This document shows, piece by piece, positions 13,321 through 25,789 of a DNA stretch of 64,000 nucleotides (positions are counted from its first letter, which is position 1; each line of letters begins with the position of its first letter). The stretch comes from Harriotta raleighana (Eukaryota): the NCBI GenBank assembly GCA_050575255.1, contig JBNZDD010013695.1, positions 565,152-629,151 of the forward strand, in the 5' to 3' direction. The translations under genes were made by a program, and so were the position numbers. The notes beneath the pieces are model-generated. The model had not been told where the DNA came from, did not search any database, and worked only from the letters and a program-made list of their open reading frames with translations.

Positions 13321-14106
13321 TACCAAAAAGATTATCACAGTAAACGTTTGATAAAGCGTCATTCCTATGGAATTGACGAATTATCCAGAGCAGTGAGTTA
13401 GGCATATGAATAAATACATAAGTAAACGCGTCTGGGGTATTGACAACATGATGACTTAAAATGGTAGTGACCAGTTATTACCAGCAATTTACTGTAGTAT
13501 TTATGCCATCTGTTTGTGAAGTCTCTCATGGGGTACTTCATCAAAGGGCCTTTTGAAAGTCTAAGTACACTATGTTATATGGTTCCCACATTACTTTGGG
13601 GTGCCAACTGCTAATGCGACTGGTCAAACAAGATCCACTTGTATTGAAGTTCTGCTGGCTGTCGCTTATTAGGTTATACACNGCGTCTGGGGTATTGACA
13701 ACATGATGACTTAAAATGGTAGTGACCAGTTAAGCCAGGGTTGAATTACCAGCAATTTACTGTAGTATTTATGCCATCCGTTTGTGAAGTCTCTCATGGG
13801 GTACTTCATCAAAGGGCCTTTTGAAACTCTAAGTACACTATGTTATATGGTTCCCACATTACTTTGGGGTGCCACCTGCTAATGCGACTGGTCAAACAAG
13901 ATCCACTTGAATTGAAGTTCTGCTGGCTGTCGCTTATTAGGTTATACAATAGATTATATTATATACAATTAACCTTCCATTTACTTTCTTGGGATTGATT
14001 ATGTTGGATTTAGGATTATGAAGAGACTAGCAACATAGCATCCTGTTTACAGCTGTCTCATATGATGAGATGTACCTCAAAAGTACTCACCTGGAAAAAT
14101 AGCTCA

Positions 14107-14650
14107 TTTAATAATAATTCTTCCAAAAAAAACACAATAATAAAATTGGTCATTTCAACCCACAACTGTTTGTGGGTCACTTCNTTAATAATAATTCTTC
14201 CAAAAAAAACACAATAATAAAATTGGTCATTTCATCCCACAACTGTTTGTGGGTCACTTTNTTAATAATAATTCTTCCAAAAAAAACACAATAATAAAAT
14301 TGGTCATTTCAACCCACAACTGTTTGTGGGTCACTTCTGTGGGCAATTGGCGGCCGCGTTTCGATCACAAATATACAGTCAATTCACTTTATATTCTGTG
14401 AAGCGCTTTGAAATGTCTAGAAGCCGTGAAAAGCGCTATATCAAATGCAAGGAATATTATTAGATTATTTATTATATTTCAAGGAGGTGACAAAGGAACT
14501 GGAACAGTTAGATTGGGACGGCTGTGCGCAATTGGCTGCCACGTTTCACCCACAAAATACACAGTTAATTCACTTTACATTGTAGTCACTGAAGCGCTTT
14601 GAAAGGCCTTGAAGGCGTTGCATCAAAAGCATGGATTATTATTATTACTA
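14107..14650 (+). mobile_element. 5'-truncated dominant SINE bodies (partly duplicated at N junctions)
   Basis: Core and tail motifs as in 1675-1986. Confidence 0.8.
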
Positions 14651-15494
14651 TTGGGTAGAAAGCAAGCAAATAGATGCATGAACCTCGCCAGTGGCAAATG
14701 ACTCCCTTCATAATGTCAGCCATTGTTTCACAAAACTTCTGCTTCTCTAACTGTCCGTGGTACACAGTTCATCCATCCCCCGGGATCTATTGATTTTCAT
14801 CCTGTTGAGCCTTTTGAGAATCTAAATCACCATATGTCGAAGTCTGGGAGCTGAAACAATGTTCGCTGTATAGTGAAAGCTTTATTTTTTGGGTCCCCCT
14901 TGGGTAAAACAAATATCTCCAGGTAATAGTCATTTTTATGTTGAATCAATACAACAACAACAACAAAATTACACTTGTATAGCTCCTTTCACATCGGGAG
15001 GACATCCCAAGGCGCTGCACTTTGTTCCTACTTGCTATAACGCCTTGCATTCATACAGTGCCCCTCACGCAGGCTAGTGTCCCAGAGCTCTTGACAGTGG
15101 CGGAGCTCGACCCTGGGGGAGGAGGGGGGGAAGGGGGAAATGACTGTAGGCACGATCAAATAGGAAGGTCTTCAGATCCAAATCACCTCGACTGTGATTT
15201 GATTTCTCGGTTGATTCATGGTGAAATCCCCGGTGCAAATCATACAATAAGAAAAACAAATACTCATTGGCATCAGATTCAATCTCCTGTAAACCTTCCA
15301 GCAACTCAATCAATGTACTGGAGAGAGCAACATCACCGCTTGTTTAACCAATCCCAAGATTACCAACAAAAAATCTGTCATTCAGATAAGAAAGTCGCAC
15401 TCGCTTCTCAAATGATTTAAAAAAAAACTGCTTTAGTATTTGCACTGCTTTAAAAGTGTGTGCTTGAATAACAGTATATCAAAATACTAATGAA

Positions 15495-15712
15495 TAATCC
15501 TTGCATTTGATATTGCATTTTTCATGTCTTCCAGATGTCTCAAAGCACTTCACCTATACTGTAAAGTGAATTGACTGTAGATTTGTAGGCAAAACCCAGC
15601 AGCCAATAGCGCACAGCAGCGTCCCACAAGCAGTCATGGATTGAAATGATCAATTCTGTTTTTTAAGGGATTATTATCAACTGGGTGGAGTATGGTTTCG
15701 CCCTGCCCTGCC
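15495..15712 (-). mobile_element. Truncated dominant SINE
   Basis: aatccttgcatttgata... tail and core in reverse complement. Confidence 0.8.
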
Positions 15713-18529
15713 GGGAATGCCATGCATCCTCTTTTATTCTCCTCGAACACACTGGAACTCAGATTTCTTAGAGTGCTTGTACCATGACTTCCCCATGAGG
15801 ATATTTTTGCTCAAGCCATCTGGAGCAAGAAGCTTTAGGTTTGGTTCTTGAGCAATGGTATGTCTCAAGACACAAGCTGGGTTGATGGTAAACTTGCTCA
15901 GTTGCACTGCTGCAAGAGAATGCGTGTGTGATGTGTGTCGCTTGCTGTCTCGAGAATGAGAAACTTGAGGGGATTTTTTTTAACTTCCGAATTAGCCATC
16001 AGGAAATCCTTGTGAAAATGCCTTCAGAGATTTTTTATTCAAAGGATTCTGCCATCTCTAGTTAATTATCCTTTCCATTACCTGTGTTTGGTATTAAGTG
16101 GTACTTGACTGTATAACATTGGGCCATTAAGATGCTTATTAAGAAAATAAATTATCGCTTTCCCAATGCAAACAAAGTGCAGCTCAGAAACCAGCATAAA
16201 TTACGGTAAACTATTTTTAAGATGACCAAGTATAATACAATTGCTACAATCAGTTTTGCATAATTATATACAAGTTGAAAATGATGTCAGATGCTGTAAG
16301 GAAACAGAAAATAAACCAACAATTCAGTGGGAAATAATCACAACAAATATAAATCCCTAGACAATCATTCAATGTGCTTCCAGCAGATACCAGAAGAACA
16401 ACAAATTACATTTGTTTATTGAGCCTTTCACGTTGGGAGGATGTCCCAAGGTGCTGGAGAGTCAGGGATTTGGATCCAAGCAATGGGTTGGGACCAGGGG
16501 CGTATAGGGCAGGGAAGGTAGGAGTAGGAGGGCGGGTATCTCTTTTCGGTAAGACATTTGCGGTATGAGCGAAGGAGGGTGGTTAAAGAAAGGATCTGTT
16601 TGTGAAACTCCCGCCGTTAAGCCAGGCCAGCAGTGCCTTGGAATACTGGGACTCGCCTGGCTCAGGAACCACACTATAGTACCAAGGACGCAACAGAAGA
16701 CTGGTTCAATTTTGCCATTCCTTTGCCAGGAACGTCATCTTGGGAGGCAGTTCATCTCCAAAGAAGCCCCTCCCACCTGCCCCAAGGAGAATTATCACAA
16801 GTCGGTCATTTTGACACCTGACAAGAGTGGGTTTAACTCTCACTATTGCAATTACCCCCAAGGGAAACATGTCTAGGCAACTGCTTAGGTATCGAACCCA
16901 GGTGCTCTTGCTGGCGGGTTGAGTGCTCAAACGAATACGCGACAGGACTCCAATGCTTAGAAATATCATTAATTGGTTAAGTGGGAAGCTATCCTTTAAT
17001 AACCTGTCTATGAGAATACAGCATCATACTGTACATACAGCTGTATTAAAGTATAACCAACTTTTACACTAAAGTGCCTTTAATATAGTGATCAATCACC
17101 AAACAATTACAAGTACGTAAATGCATTAGTATTATTAATGACCAGTGCATGCTTTGTTGAAGAGGACACTGCAGAGAAGGGCACGTTTCTTTACAGTATA
17201 TCAAACTGTTCTGCTTAGTTAAGAGAGCAGAATATTAAGAGAATCAAATGACACATTAAATTACTTTGATTTGTAAAAAGACTGATTTTTTAAAATGCTG
17301 TGGTTTATCTTTAAGGCTAAGCAAGTAAACACTGCAAATGCAGCATTTTTTACTGCATTGTTTATTGTACTGTAAACTGTGCTGTAGATTGGTTCAATTT
17401 GACTCAAAATGTTATATTGTACTGGAAAAAAACTACAGGGGATAATTAATATTGTTGTGTGAGAGTGCGAAAGAACCCAGGAGAATGGTGCTTTTGACAA
17501 GACAACCACACTTGCACATTTACAAATACTAACTCAGCAACTTTCCAAAGTGATAATGCTACTTGTTCCACGGATAGCTCAGTTGGTAATTGAAATTGAG
17601 CCCTACACACCCGTAAGGTCTCAGGTTAGCATGTGCGATAAAAGGATCTCAGTGGATGACAGAAACATGTCTATATACACACCCTGGGCAGATGACGGTA
17701 ACAGCAAGTGTCAGCAAGCCTGACAGATCCATGGAAATCTACAGTAAGCAGATTTATTAACAAACAATGAAACCGAACTTATTCAGAGCTGCCAACAAAA
17801 GAGATGAAACTGCTTATTTGGAACCTCACTGCTGCTCACCCACGAAAACATAGAACACAAACATGAAGTTTCCTCGTGAAACTAATCCAGTGTATTATTT
17901 ACGAGTGAACGGTAGAATCCGGTTCCCGAGCCGGGCGTGTCCACAGGATGCCAGGGCACTGCTGACGATCAGCAGCAGGACCTGGAAGGGCAGAGCAGTC
18001 AATGGGGGGGTGGGGAGGTGGGCAGAGAACCATGCCACTCAGTTCCTGTTAACCCAACATTGTACCTCTGGGATTTCCTGCTTGGTTCGGACACCCGGTT
18101 TACCAAAACAATAACGCAGTGTGCTCCCAGCCACTTCTGTTTTCACCTCAGATTTCCAGCATCTGCAGTATTTTGCCTTTGGTGACTATCTTCCTGGGGA
18201 GTTGGGAGTAAGCAGGGTCTCGTTGCAGGATTTGGAAGGGCGAACCAATCACTGGGGGCAGGAAATCCTCCCACTCAGCTACTGTTAACACTCAAGCCAA
18301 AACCCTAGCTGGTAGGGTGGTCCTAGCTGGACAAGAAGCAGGAAACCTTAACCCAGACAGTAATGTCAATGGTAAGCTGTGTGGTTTTTAGCTGGCTAGA
18401 CTCCAGCAGTACCCCCAACGCACAACCTGGGGTCCCCAAACCTTGGTTCTCGCCAACTGGCACAAAATACTTTCCAAAATTGGGTAAGCAGGGTGCGTCC
18501 CTCTGGGGATGGTGCCAATTCCATTCCAA

Positions 18530-19160
18530 CAATTTATCTCTGGGATTTGCACGTGCAAGACTAGTTTGTACAGCCTTCATTACATCCAGATTCGACTCTG
18601 CCAATGCCCTGCTTGTTGGCCTCCCTCCACAATTTGCAGATCATCCAGAACTCTGCAGCTTATGTCCTCTACCGCACCAGGCTCCTTGACCCCATCGCAC
18701 ACCCATCCTTACCTGGCTCCACTGGCTCCCCGTCCTTCAGAGGATCGAGTTCAAGATTCTCGCCCTGACTTTGAAGGCCCTTCAAGGCCTTGCCCATTTC
18801 TATCTCTCTGACCTGCTAACCCCTTATCAACCTGTCCACTCCCTCCGCTCGCTAGCTCAGACATACTGCATGTCCCCCACCCGGCCTGCCCCATCATTGG
18901 CGGCCGGGCCTTCAACCTCTCTTTCCCCACCCTCTGGAAATTCATACCACATTCCCTTTGCCTCGCTCCCCCCACCCTTGCTTCCTTTAAGTCATGGGTC
19001 TAGACCCACCTCTTCGACCATGCTTTCAGCCATCCTCCTACCCTCTCTACCCTCCGTCCTCTCTGATCCCAATACCCCCAAACCCCCACTCGGGTCCTAA
19101 ACCCTGAGAGTTCACTGCCTTGAAACATCTTCTAGACATGAAAAATACTTTACAAACCTT
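18530..19160 (+). mobile_element. L2-clade LINE 3' fragment (degenerate ORF2 C-terminus and tail)
   Basis: Frameshifted peptides AFITSRFDSANALLVGLP and KALQGLAHFYLSDLLTPYQPVHSLRS, typical of the L2 ORF2 end. Confidence 0.85.
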
Positions 19161-20884
19161 ATTTTATTTCCTATTGGAGGTGCCATTTGGTGGTTTGGAT
19201 TTCCTTCGGCACGATGAGGGGGTCCATCTGAACCCCAAAGTATAGTGTTTAGCCTTGGCTCGATTGGGCACCTCAGTTCCACGAGGCAGTTTGATTACTT
19301 CAACCAAGTTGTCAAAAGAACAATTTAATCACTGAAGATTGTGCAAGATGTTTTTCAGAGATATTCAATACGTGTTAATTGTACAAATCATAATCTTCCC
19401 AAGCAACAGAATAATTCCACGATAAACAAAGTCAAATAAAATTTGATATCATAGCAGGTTGAAATGATGTGGTAGTACAGTACGTTGCTTCGAAACACGT
19501 GATATTTACTCTTATTAAAATCCTTGTCAGCGTCCAACAAACCAAGGCACAAAAAAAGCCCAACAAATTTCACTGCTAAGAGCATATTTCAAGGGCATAA
19601 CATCTCTCGAATTTCAGATAACGGCTCGATCCAGCAATCTTCGGCTTATGACATCATCTGATTCACTCAACACATTCTGGTTTGTAACAATATCCAGCTG
19701 AGAAGTCTCCCTTCAGGCCTGAACCACTCTCCCATATCTAAATCACATTAGCCTGCAACGAACAGCTCCTACCCATCCACAAGCTCTCTGCACCAGTTAG
19801 CACACATCCCACAGAATATTCCCCCTTTGAATCCAGTGGTAGCGTTATTCAGTTGTGACTGTCAGGCAACAGTCTAATCAGTCTTCGTCTAACAAGTGTA
19901 TTATTTATGAAGATTATTTTAAATAATGTAACACAAAAGAGTTCGCCCGAAGCGGGCGGGCCTTCAGCAACTCCGCTCTCACCCGCTGGAATTCCATGCC
20001 ACAGGCCCTGTGCCTTACTCACTTTCTTCCCTTCTTCAAGACACATCTCAAGACTCTCCTCTTCGACCATGCTTTCAGTCACCCTCCTTGTTATTATACA
20101 ACAGATATGGGTAGACATGCAAGACAACGGTTGATTCAAAAATCCTCATAAAAATCCAACTCTTTGATCATGTCTTGGATCACCTTAACCCCTACATCAA
20201 TTGCCTTGTTTGGACTATTACTGTGTTTCTGTAAAACACTACGAAATGGTCTCTTGTGAAAGATGCCTGGGTATAAATTGTTTTGCGTTATTCTTATTAA
20301 ATGCAGCACAACGGAAATTACGTTTTTTTCTCAAAATAAATCACTGTGTGAAGGTCCAAAAGGAGATGCGATTTTTCTGTTTCTTTTGAGGAGAATAATC
20401 TTTATCAGTTATGGTATATCAAGGGAAAGTGTAAGGTAACAGGAAGTAGAGAGAGAAAAAAAATCAAATAATCAATATTGAGTGCATTAGATGTAAATAA
20501 TATACTTTTAAACATTTTTTGTGCACACCACAGCTCTGCTTGAAGTCGTCTATGGACAATCAGAATAAAACACACAATTCCTCCCAACTGGAACTAACAT
20601 CAAATGTTCATTATGATATCCGTTCAATTTCAGACAATGTGAAAGCAACAACCATGCATGTTATTCGGGTGAGTTGTAAAAAGGGAGGAAAAATAGCAAA
20701 ACACTGTTTTAGATTATCCTTAAATAATAACATCCTTCCTTTGCATTGTGTTTTTTTTAAAACAAAAGTGTCAGGCAAATACAATAATTATGCTGAACTG
20801 TTAAACAAACTCACATTAGCTGTTGCAGAAGCAGACCAGAGCACAAATAAGGCCCAGAGAAATCCAAAGATATGGGTTGAATTG

Positions 20885-21305
20885 TAAGACATGGATTTGT
20901 TAAAGAGAAGTCTTGCCTGACCATCCAATTTTGCCAAAATAACCCGGGCAACAGACAGTAATACTGTGGATGTGGTATGAATGGATTTTTCAGAAGGCTC
21001 TTTTTAAATCGAGTCTCCTAAAAGCTTCGGAGGCTTGTTAAAAACAAAAGTGCGCCTGGGATTAATGGAAAGCTAGCAACAGATGGAAAATTGGTTAAAG
21101 AATGAGAAACAGAGGATGGGAGTGCGACAGTTGTTATTTACAATGGAGAGATGCAAACAGGGGTGTCCCCAAGGACTCAGTGTTAGGACCACTGCTTTTC
21201 TCCATTTATATAGATGATCTGGATTCTAGAGCAAATTAAGGAGCATAATTTCTAAATTTGCAGATGGCACGAAAATAGAGAGTGTAGCTAACAACGACGA
21301 GAAAG
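20885..21305 (+). mobile_element. CR1 LINE reverse-transcriptase fragment
   Basis: Degenerate SCLT, GVPQGSVLGPLLFSIYIDDLD and ISKFAD motifs. Confidence 0.8.
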
Positions 21306-22548
21306 CTTTTGTGTACAGCTTTTAGTAATTAAAAACAAATGTCTGTGCCCAAACACTGTTTCGCTGCCAAGATTCAATATATTGTCTGGAAATTCAAGGA
21401 AACTCTCATGTGAGTAAATATCAAAAAAATCATAACTTTCTTCATAAAAACTTTAATTTCCTTTCGAGTCACAGATTGGTATTCAATTTGTTGCACACAA
21501 CTTAATCCAAAACAAGTGTGAAAGCAAAGCATCGGGAATTTAATCATCTCTGATGATAATTGAGACAGACCTAAGGTCTTTTTCAGTTTTCCCATCGACG
21601 AATTTGATCCCATCTACAGTATATGAGCTCGTATAAATTCCAAGGATTATTGCAATATATCTATCCTATTTTTATACGTATGTATCTTATCTTGAATTTA
21701 TGTGTACTAAACTTCACTGGCCTACCTGATGCTTACTGCGGCATCAAGTTGTCTTTGTAAGACCTTTGCTGCCTCCTCCGCTTTACGTTTCCACCCAAAC
21801 CTGGTGTCATCGGCAATGCAACTGCCCTACACTGAGTGTGTGAATGCAAGTCATTAACAATTCCCAAGATAAAAACCGATCAGTCATTTCATGGCTATTT
21901 GCTGGGCACTGCTGTGTACAAATTAGCTACCCACTTTGCCTACTAAATACATATTCACTATACTTTACAGTAAAATCCTGTGAAGCACATTGCGATGACA
22001 TTATTTACTCAGTAACAAGTGGAAGCATTATTATTATAATAAACACAAAACAGGAGGAACCCCACTTAATACAGTAAAACTCACATAAGTCTGATCAGTA
22101 TAATTGGCTGAGTCGAACATCTGCTCAAATCCAGTTGAATTTATTTTTGCTCCTTTTCCAACTACCCTCTGCTTTCTTCACTTCAATCAATTTCAATCCC
22201 AAGCTTTCACCTTGATAGCTAGTGCTTCTGTTTGTGAAGAAGTGAAATGCCTTGTGGGAATCTAGGAATACTGAATCATACTGCTTTCCACGGTCAATTT
22301 GGGACATCCATCACCTCAACGTCTGTACTTTTTACTCTCTGCCATCACCACTCTTGGTCAGGAAGGAGAATATGGGCTAACTTCTAGCTTTCCCTTCCTT
22401 CTTCTGCTTTGTTGCTTGTCTTTCAAACAATGAGACTTACCTAAGCCAACCCAGAATGTGCCTTGAGAACTACCAACAGGAGCAAAAGGGACACTCTTCA
22501 GACATTAGACACTCTTCAGTCTAACAAGTCTTGTACATCATACACGAG

Positions 22549-22570
22549 TATATATATATATATATATATA
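22549..22570. repeat. (TA)n microsatellite
   Basis: tatatatatatatatatatata. Confidence 0.9.
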
Positions 22571-24254
22571 AAAATTAAGACAAATTGCTGCATTCATGAA
22601 TGTTGCTATAGAAATATGATGAATACCCAGTGTGAATCTGTGGAATGAAAGCCAAATCTCCTAGCATGAGTTATGTGACACAATTTAATTATGCCACAGA
22701 ATCTAAAGATTCCATTTCAAATCGATCTGGTCAGCTCTGTATTCATTAACCTCCACCATATCCACAGTTCGTCAACCAATTAACCTTCAGGAAATCCAAA
22801 AAAAATTCTGAATGTAATGTGCAATAAATAAAATTACATCGCAACGGGTTCGCAACAGCTTTTAGCATCTTCGTCAATGAGGCGAGTTTCATAAAACCAC
22901 AGTCGCTTTTGCTGAAGGGATTTGGGACGTCATCCAAACTGACAGAATTGTCACACTCTCCCAAGTGCACTGAACATTTGTTTTCTGATACTCTGCACAA
23001 GGCTTGTCAAGTGGTCCACTCAAATCCCCAATGATCATTGTTAATAACTTTTTCACAGTACAACTTTTGTGTTAATACGAATAGAGTCTACAGATTTCTA
23101 TTGTTTGAAACAACTACAAATAAATCCAGTAATCAGCATCTGTTCATCTTTATGTGTGGAAAGCAGAGTCTGAGCCCAGAGGTACAGATTTTTATGTAAT
23201 GACCATCAGCAATGGCAAGGTTTTATAGAACCACTTGGAGCTTAGTAACATACAATAAAATGTCTACCTTATTAAATTAGGTAACGAGCTTACGCGGCAG
23301 TTAAGCACTTGAAATTTGTTTGTTTTTTTATATATAAAAAGTAGGGTAGGCCCATGAAAACAAACCTTTCTAGTCACTTTGGGGATAGAACATATTAGCA
23401 AGCACAAACTGTAATTCTTCCCCTTTATTTTCTTCAAGGCTGTGACCATTTGCAAATAAAAAACACTTCAATTGAAAGAAAATGCCCACTATCACATCAG
23501 GTAACTGTGGACTGATAAGTATGTGGGTTGAGTGAAGGAGGGAGGGAGAGCGAAAAAGGAGCGAGAGAGAGATTTCTATCTGCTAATCACCACTGTTGGG
23601 ATGAATCTAGCAGCAAAGAGATGCTTTCTAGAAGGTGAAAGTTTGACCCTAATGTTTTTATATCGCATGGCCTGCGGTATGAGCTGCAAGTGGGGGATTG
23701 ACGGCCGAGCATGACTATATTTTCGTGACTCTACTTGGAATGGGAAGCAGGGCATTTGGAATGTGATAAACGAAATAATATGAGACGATTTATGCATACA
23801 CATTCATAATGTGTTTTTGCAATCTCATGTCAGACTTAGCGTGGCACGGTTTCAGATTAAAAGATTTAAAATATTTATTTCAAAAAGTTTATTCGTTCGG
23901 CTTTTTTGTTCAGGAGATGAGTTTACACAATTCTGCAGCATGAAAGATTTAGAAAAACAGATACCAGGTGAAATTCTGAAAACACATTATCACTCTGATC
24001 CCAATTCTCTCATTGTCTAAAAAATATCTGCCATTCAACTTTTAACTTTTGCTCTTTAAAGGGACCCTACCATCCAAGAAAAATGTTTGCTGTTTCTTAT
24101 TTTATATTCACAAGGAGAGAAAACAACCAGATGAAACACATATTGTTTGTTAAAGTGACTTGTATATTTACGAAGCAAAATATACAAGTCACAACAAATC
24201 AGCCCCAAAAATCTTTTCATGAGGACAGTGCCCCTTTAATTTTTCCAATGCTTT

Positions 24255-24452
24255 TCTATAATAATAAAATTGGTCATTTAAAATTGGTCAATTCAATCCA
24301 TGACTGTTTATGGGACGCTGCTGTGCGCAATAGGCTGCCATGTTTGGCCCACAAATATACAGTCAATTCACTTTTACAATATATTCTGGGAAGCTCTTTG
24401 AGACGTCTATAAGACGTGAAAAGCGCTATATCAAATGCAAGGACCATTATTT
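24255..24452 (+). mobile_element. Truncated dominant SINE
   Basis: Core plus gtgaaaagcgctatatcaaatgcaagga tail. Confidence 0.8.
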
Positions 24453-25022
24453 CCTAAACTCAGTGAAACACTTCCATATGCACTATTGGCACATTGCAAA
24501 CCAATTTATTGCACCCAAACGTGTAATTATTTATTTTATAAGCGCAAATTTTAATAATTTTGCATGATTCAATCCTGCCAAACATTTTGGTTTAGTTTTC
24601 TCAAAAAAGTAAATATCGAGTGTTTTCTCAGTGATTACAAAACACAAGCTCCCCAATGGCGTCTATTGCAAACATACAGGTTTTTAAGTGAATAACATTT
24701 TTTGTCATTTTCAAATAAGTTTACAGCACAGCTTAATAAGCACTAGGAGCTTCAGAATCCTGATACTGCATCAACACTGAAATCTCAAATAGCTTATCCA
24801 GGTCTCTTAAACATGGGCTAGTATAATTTTTTTAAGAATTAAAAAGATTGGAGGAAATTGAAAGAGCAGTACAACACATAAGAACATTATTTTTTAACAA
24901 AATGATTATCGAATACAGCGGGAAATTTGGGGGCTTTATTTTAATACACTTTCATGTTGCGACAAAATTAACTGGAGAGGAGTGCACCTTCTTTTGTTTC
25001 ATTGCACAGTAATGGTACTTAC

Positions 25023-25241
25023 CTTATTTCCTTTTTGGTTATTAACATTCCACAAACAGCCTAGAAGTTTCAATGTTTTCACCACAAAATAAAAACTGCA
25101 TTTAAGTTCCTCACTGACTGGAAAACCTGACTTCTTAGAGAGAAAGCAAAGATCCATAATATCGAGGCTGTCCTGAATCGAGAGCAAAGTCCGACCCATG
25201 CACTCACTACATGACCAGCAGGGAGTTTCACGATCTTGCAT
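25023..25241 (-). CDS. Candidate alternative first coding exon (MQDRETPCW...MDLCFLSKKSGFPV...QKGNK)
   Basis: 73 open codons, with in-frame ATGs also at MGRTLL and at 25157 (MDLCF), ending at a consensus phase-0 donor AAG|gtaagt. Confidence 0.45.
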
Positions 25242-25580
25242 GAAGTTCAAACGTTTGCCATCTCCATTCACGGCATGTTAAAGAAACAAAACATCTAATT
25301 GCCTCCAGGAGTTGGTGGGAGTAGAATCAAGAACAGCAGGAAGGCTAACATGGCTGACTGCTCACAGCTTCAGTTCAAATACAGGTTTAACAGCAGCAAG
25401 AGGTTGCAGGCCAGCTTCCAGATTTCAGCACCTCTCACAAATCTATTACAGGAAGCCAAGGAGCTGCATATGGATAAAAGTCTAGTTTAAGGCCACTGCT
25501 AACTGACAGTGTGACCACCGCTGGCTGGCTTTCTATTAGCTACCCTAACCAGATTTTGGTCATTACACTCTTTAACTTAC

Positions 25581-25640
25581 AGATGACAATGAAATCCGAT
25601 TAGCCAAGCAGACACACAGCTCTGGCAAGTAACCTGACAT
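25581..25640 (-). CDS. Candidate alternative first coding exon (MSGYLPELCVCLANRISLSS)
   Basis: ATG plus 20 open codons ending at phase-0 donor TCT|gtaagt, in repeat-free sequence. Confidence 0.4.
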
Positions 25641-25729
25641 TCGGCATGCACAAGACGCGCAAATAAAAAAAAATGTAACTTGGACGCTTAAGGTAACATT
25701 CAGACAGGTAAACAAATAATTGTGCTTAC

Positions 25730-25783
25730 TTTGGAGGACCAGGGCTGCAAGCAGTTGGCATAGCAACGTACAAGGAAAGCCAT
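25730..25783 (-). CDS. rapgef6: Alternative first coding exon of a short PDZ-GEF isoform (MAFLVRCYANCLQPWSSK)
   Basis: GAA ATG G Kozak context, 18 open codons, phase-0 donor AAA|gtaagc that joins in frame to LPAD. I recall a similar N-terminus in predicted vertebrate PDZ-GEF isoforms but have not verified this. Confidence 0.75.
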
Positions 25784-25789
25784 TTCCTG

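Noticed and set aside
14107-14340. Three roughly 75-bp direct repeats that could look like a CRISPR array or satellite
   Set aside because: There are no unique spacers. The units are SINE fragments separated by single Ns, which indicates an assembly artefact in eukaryotic DNA.
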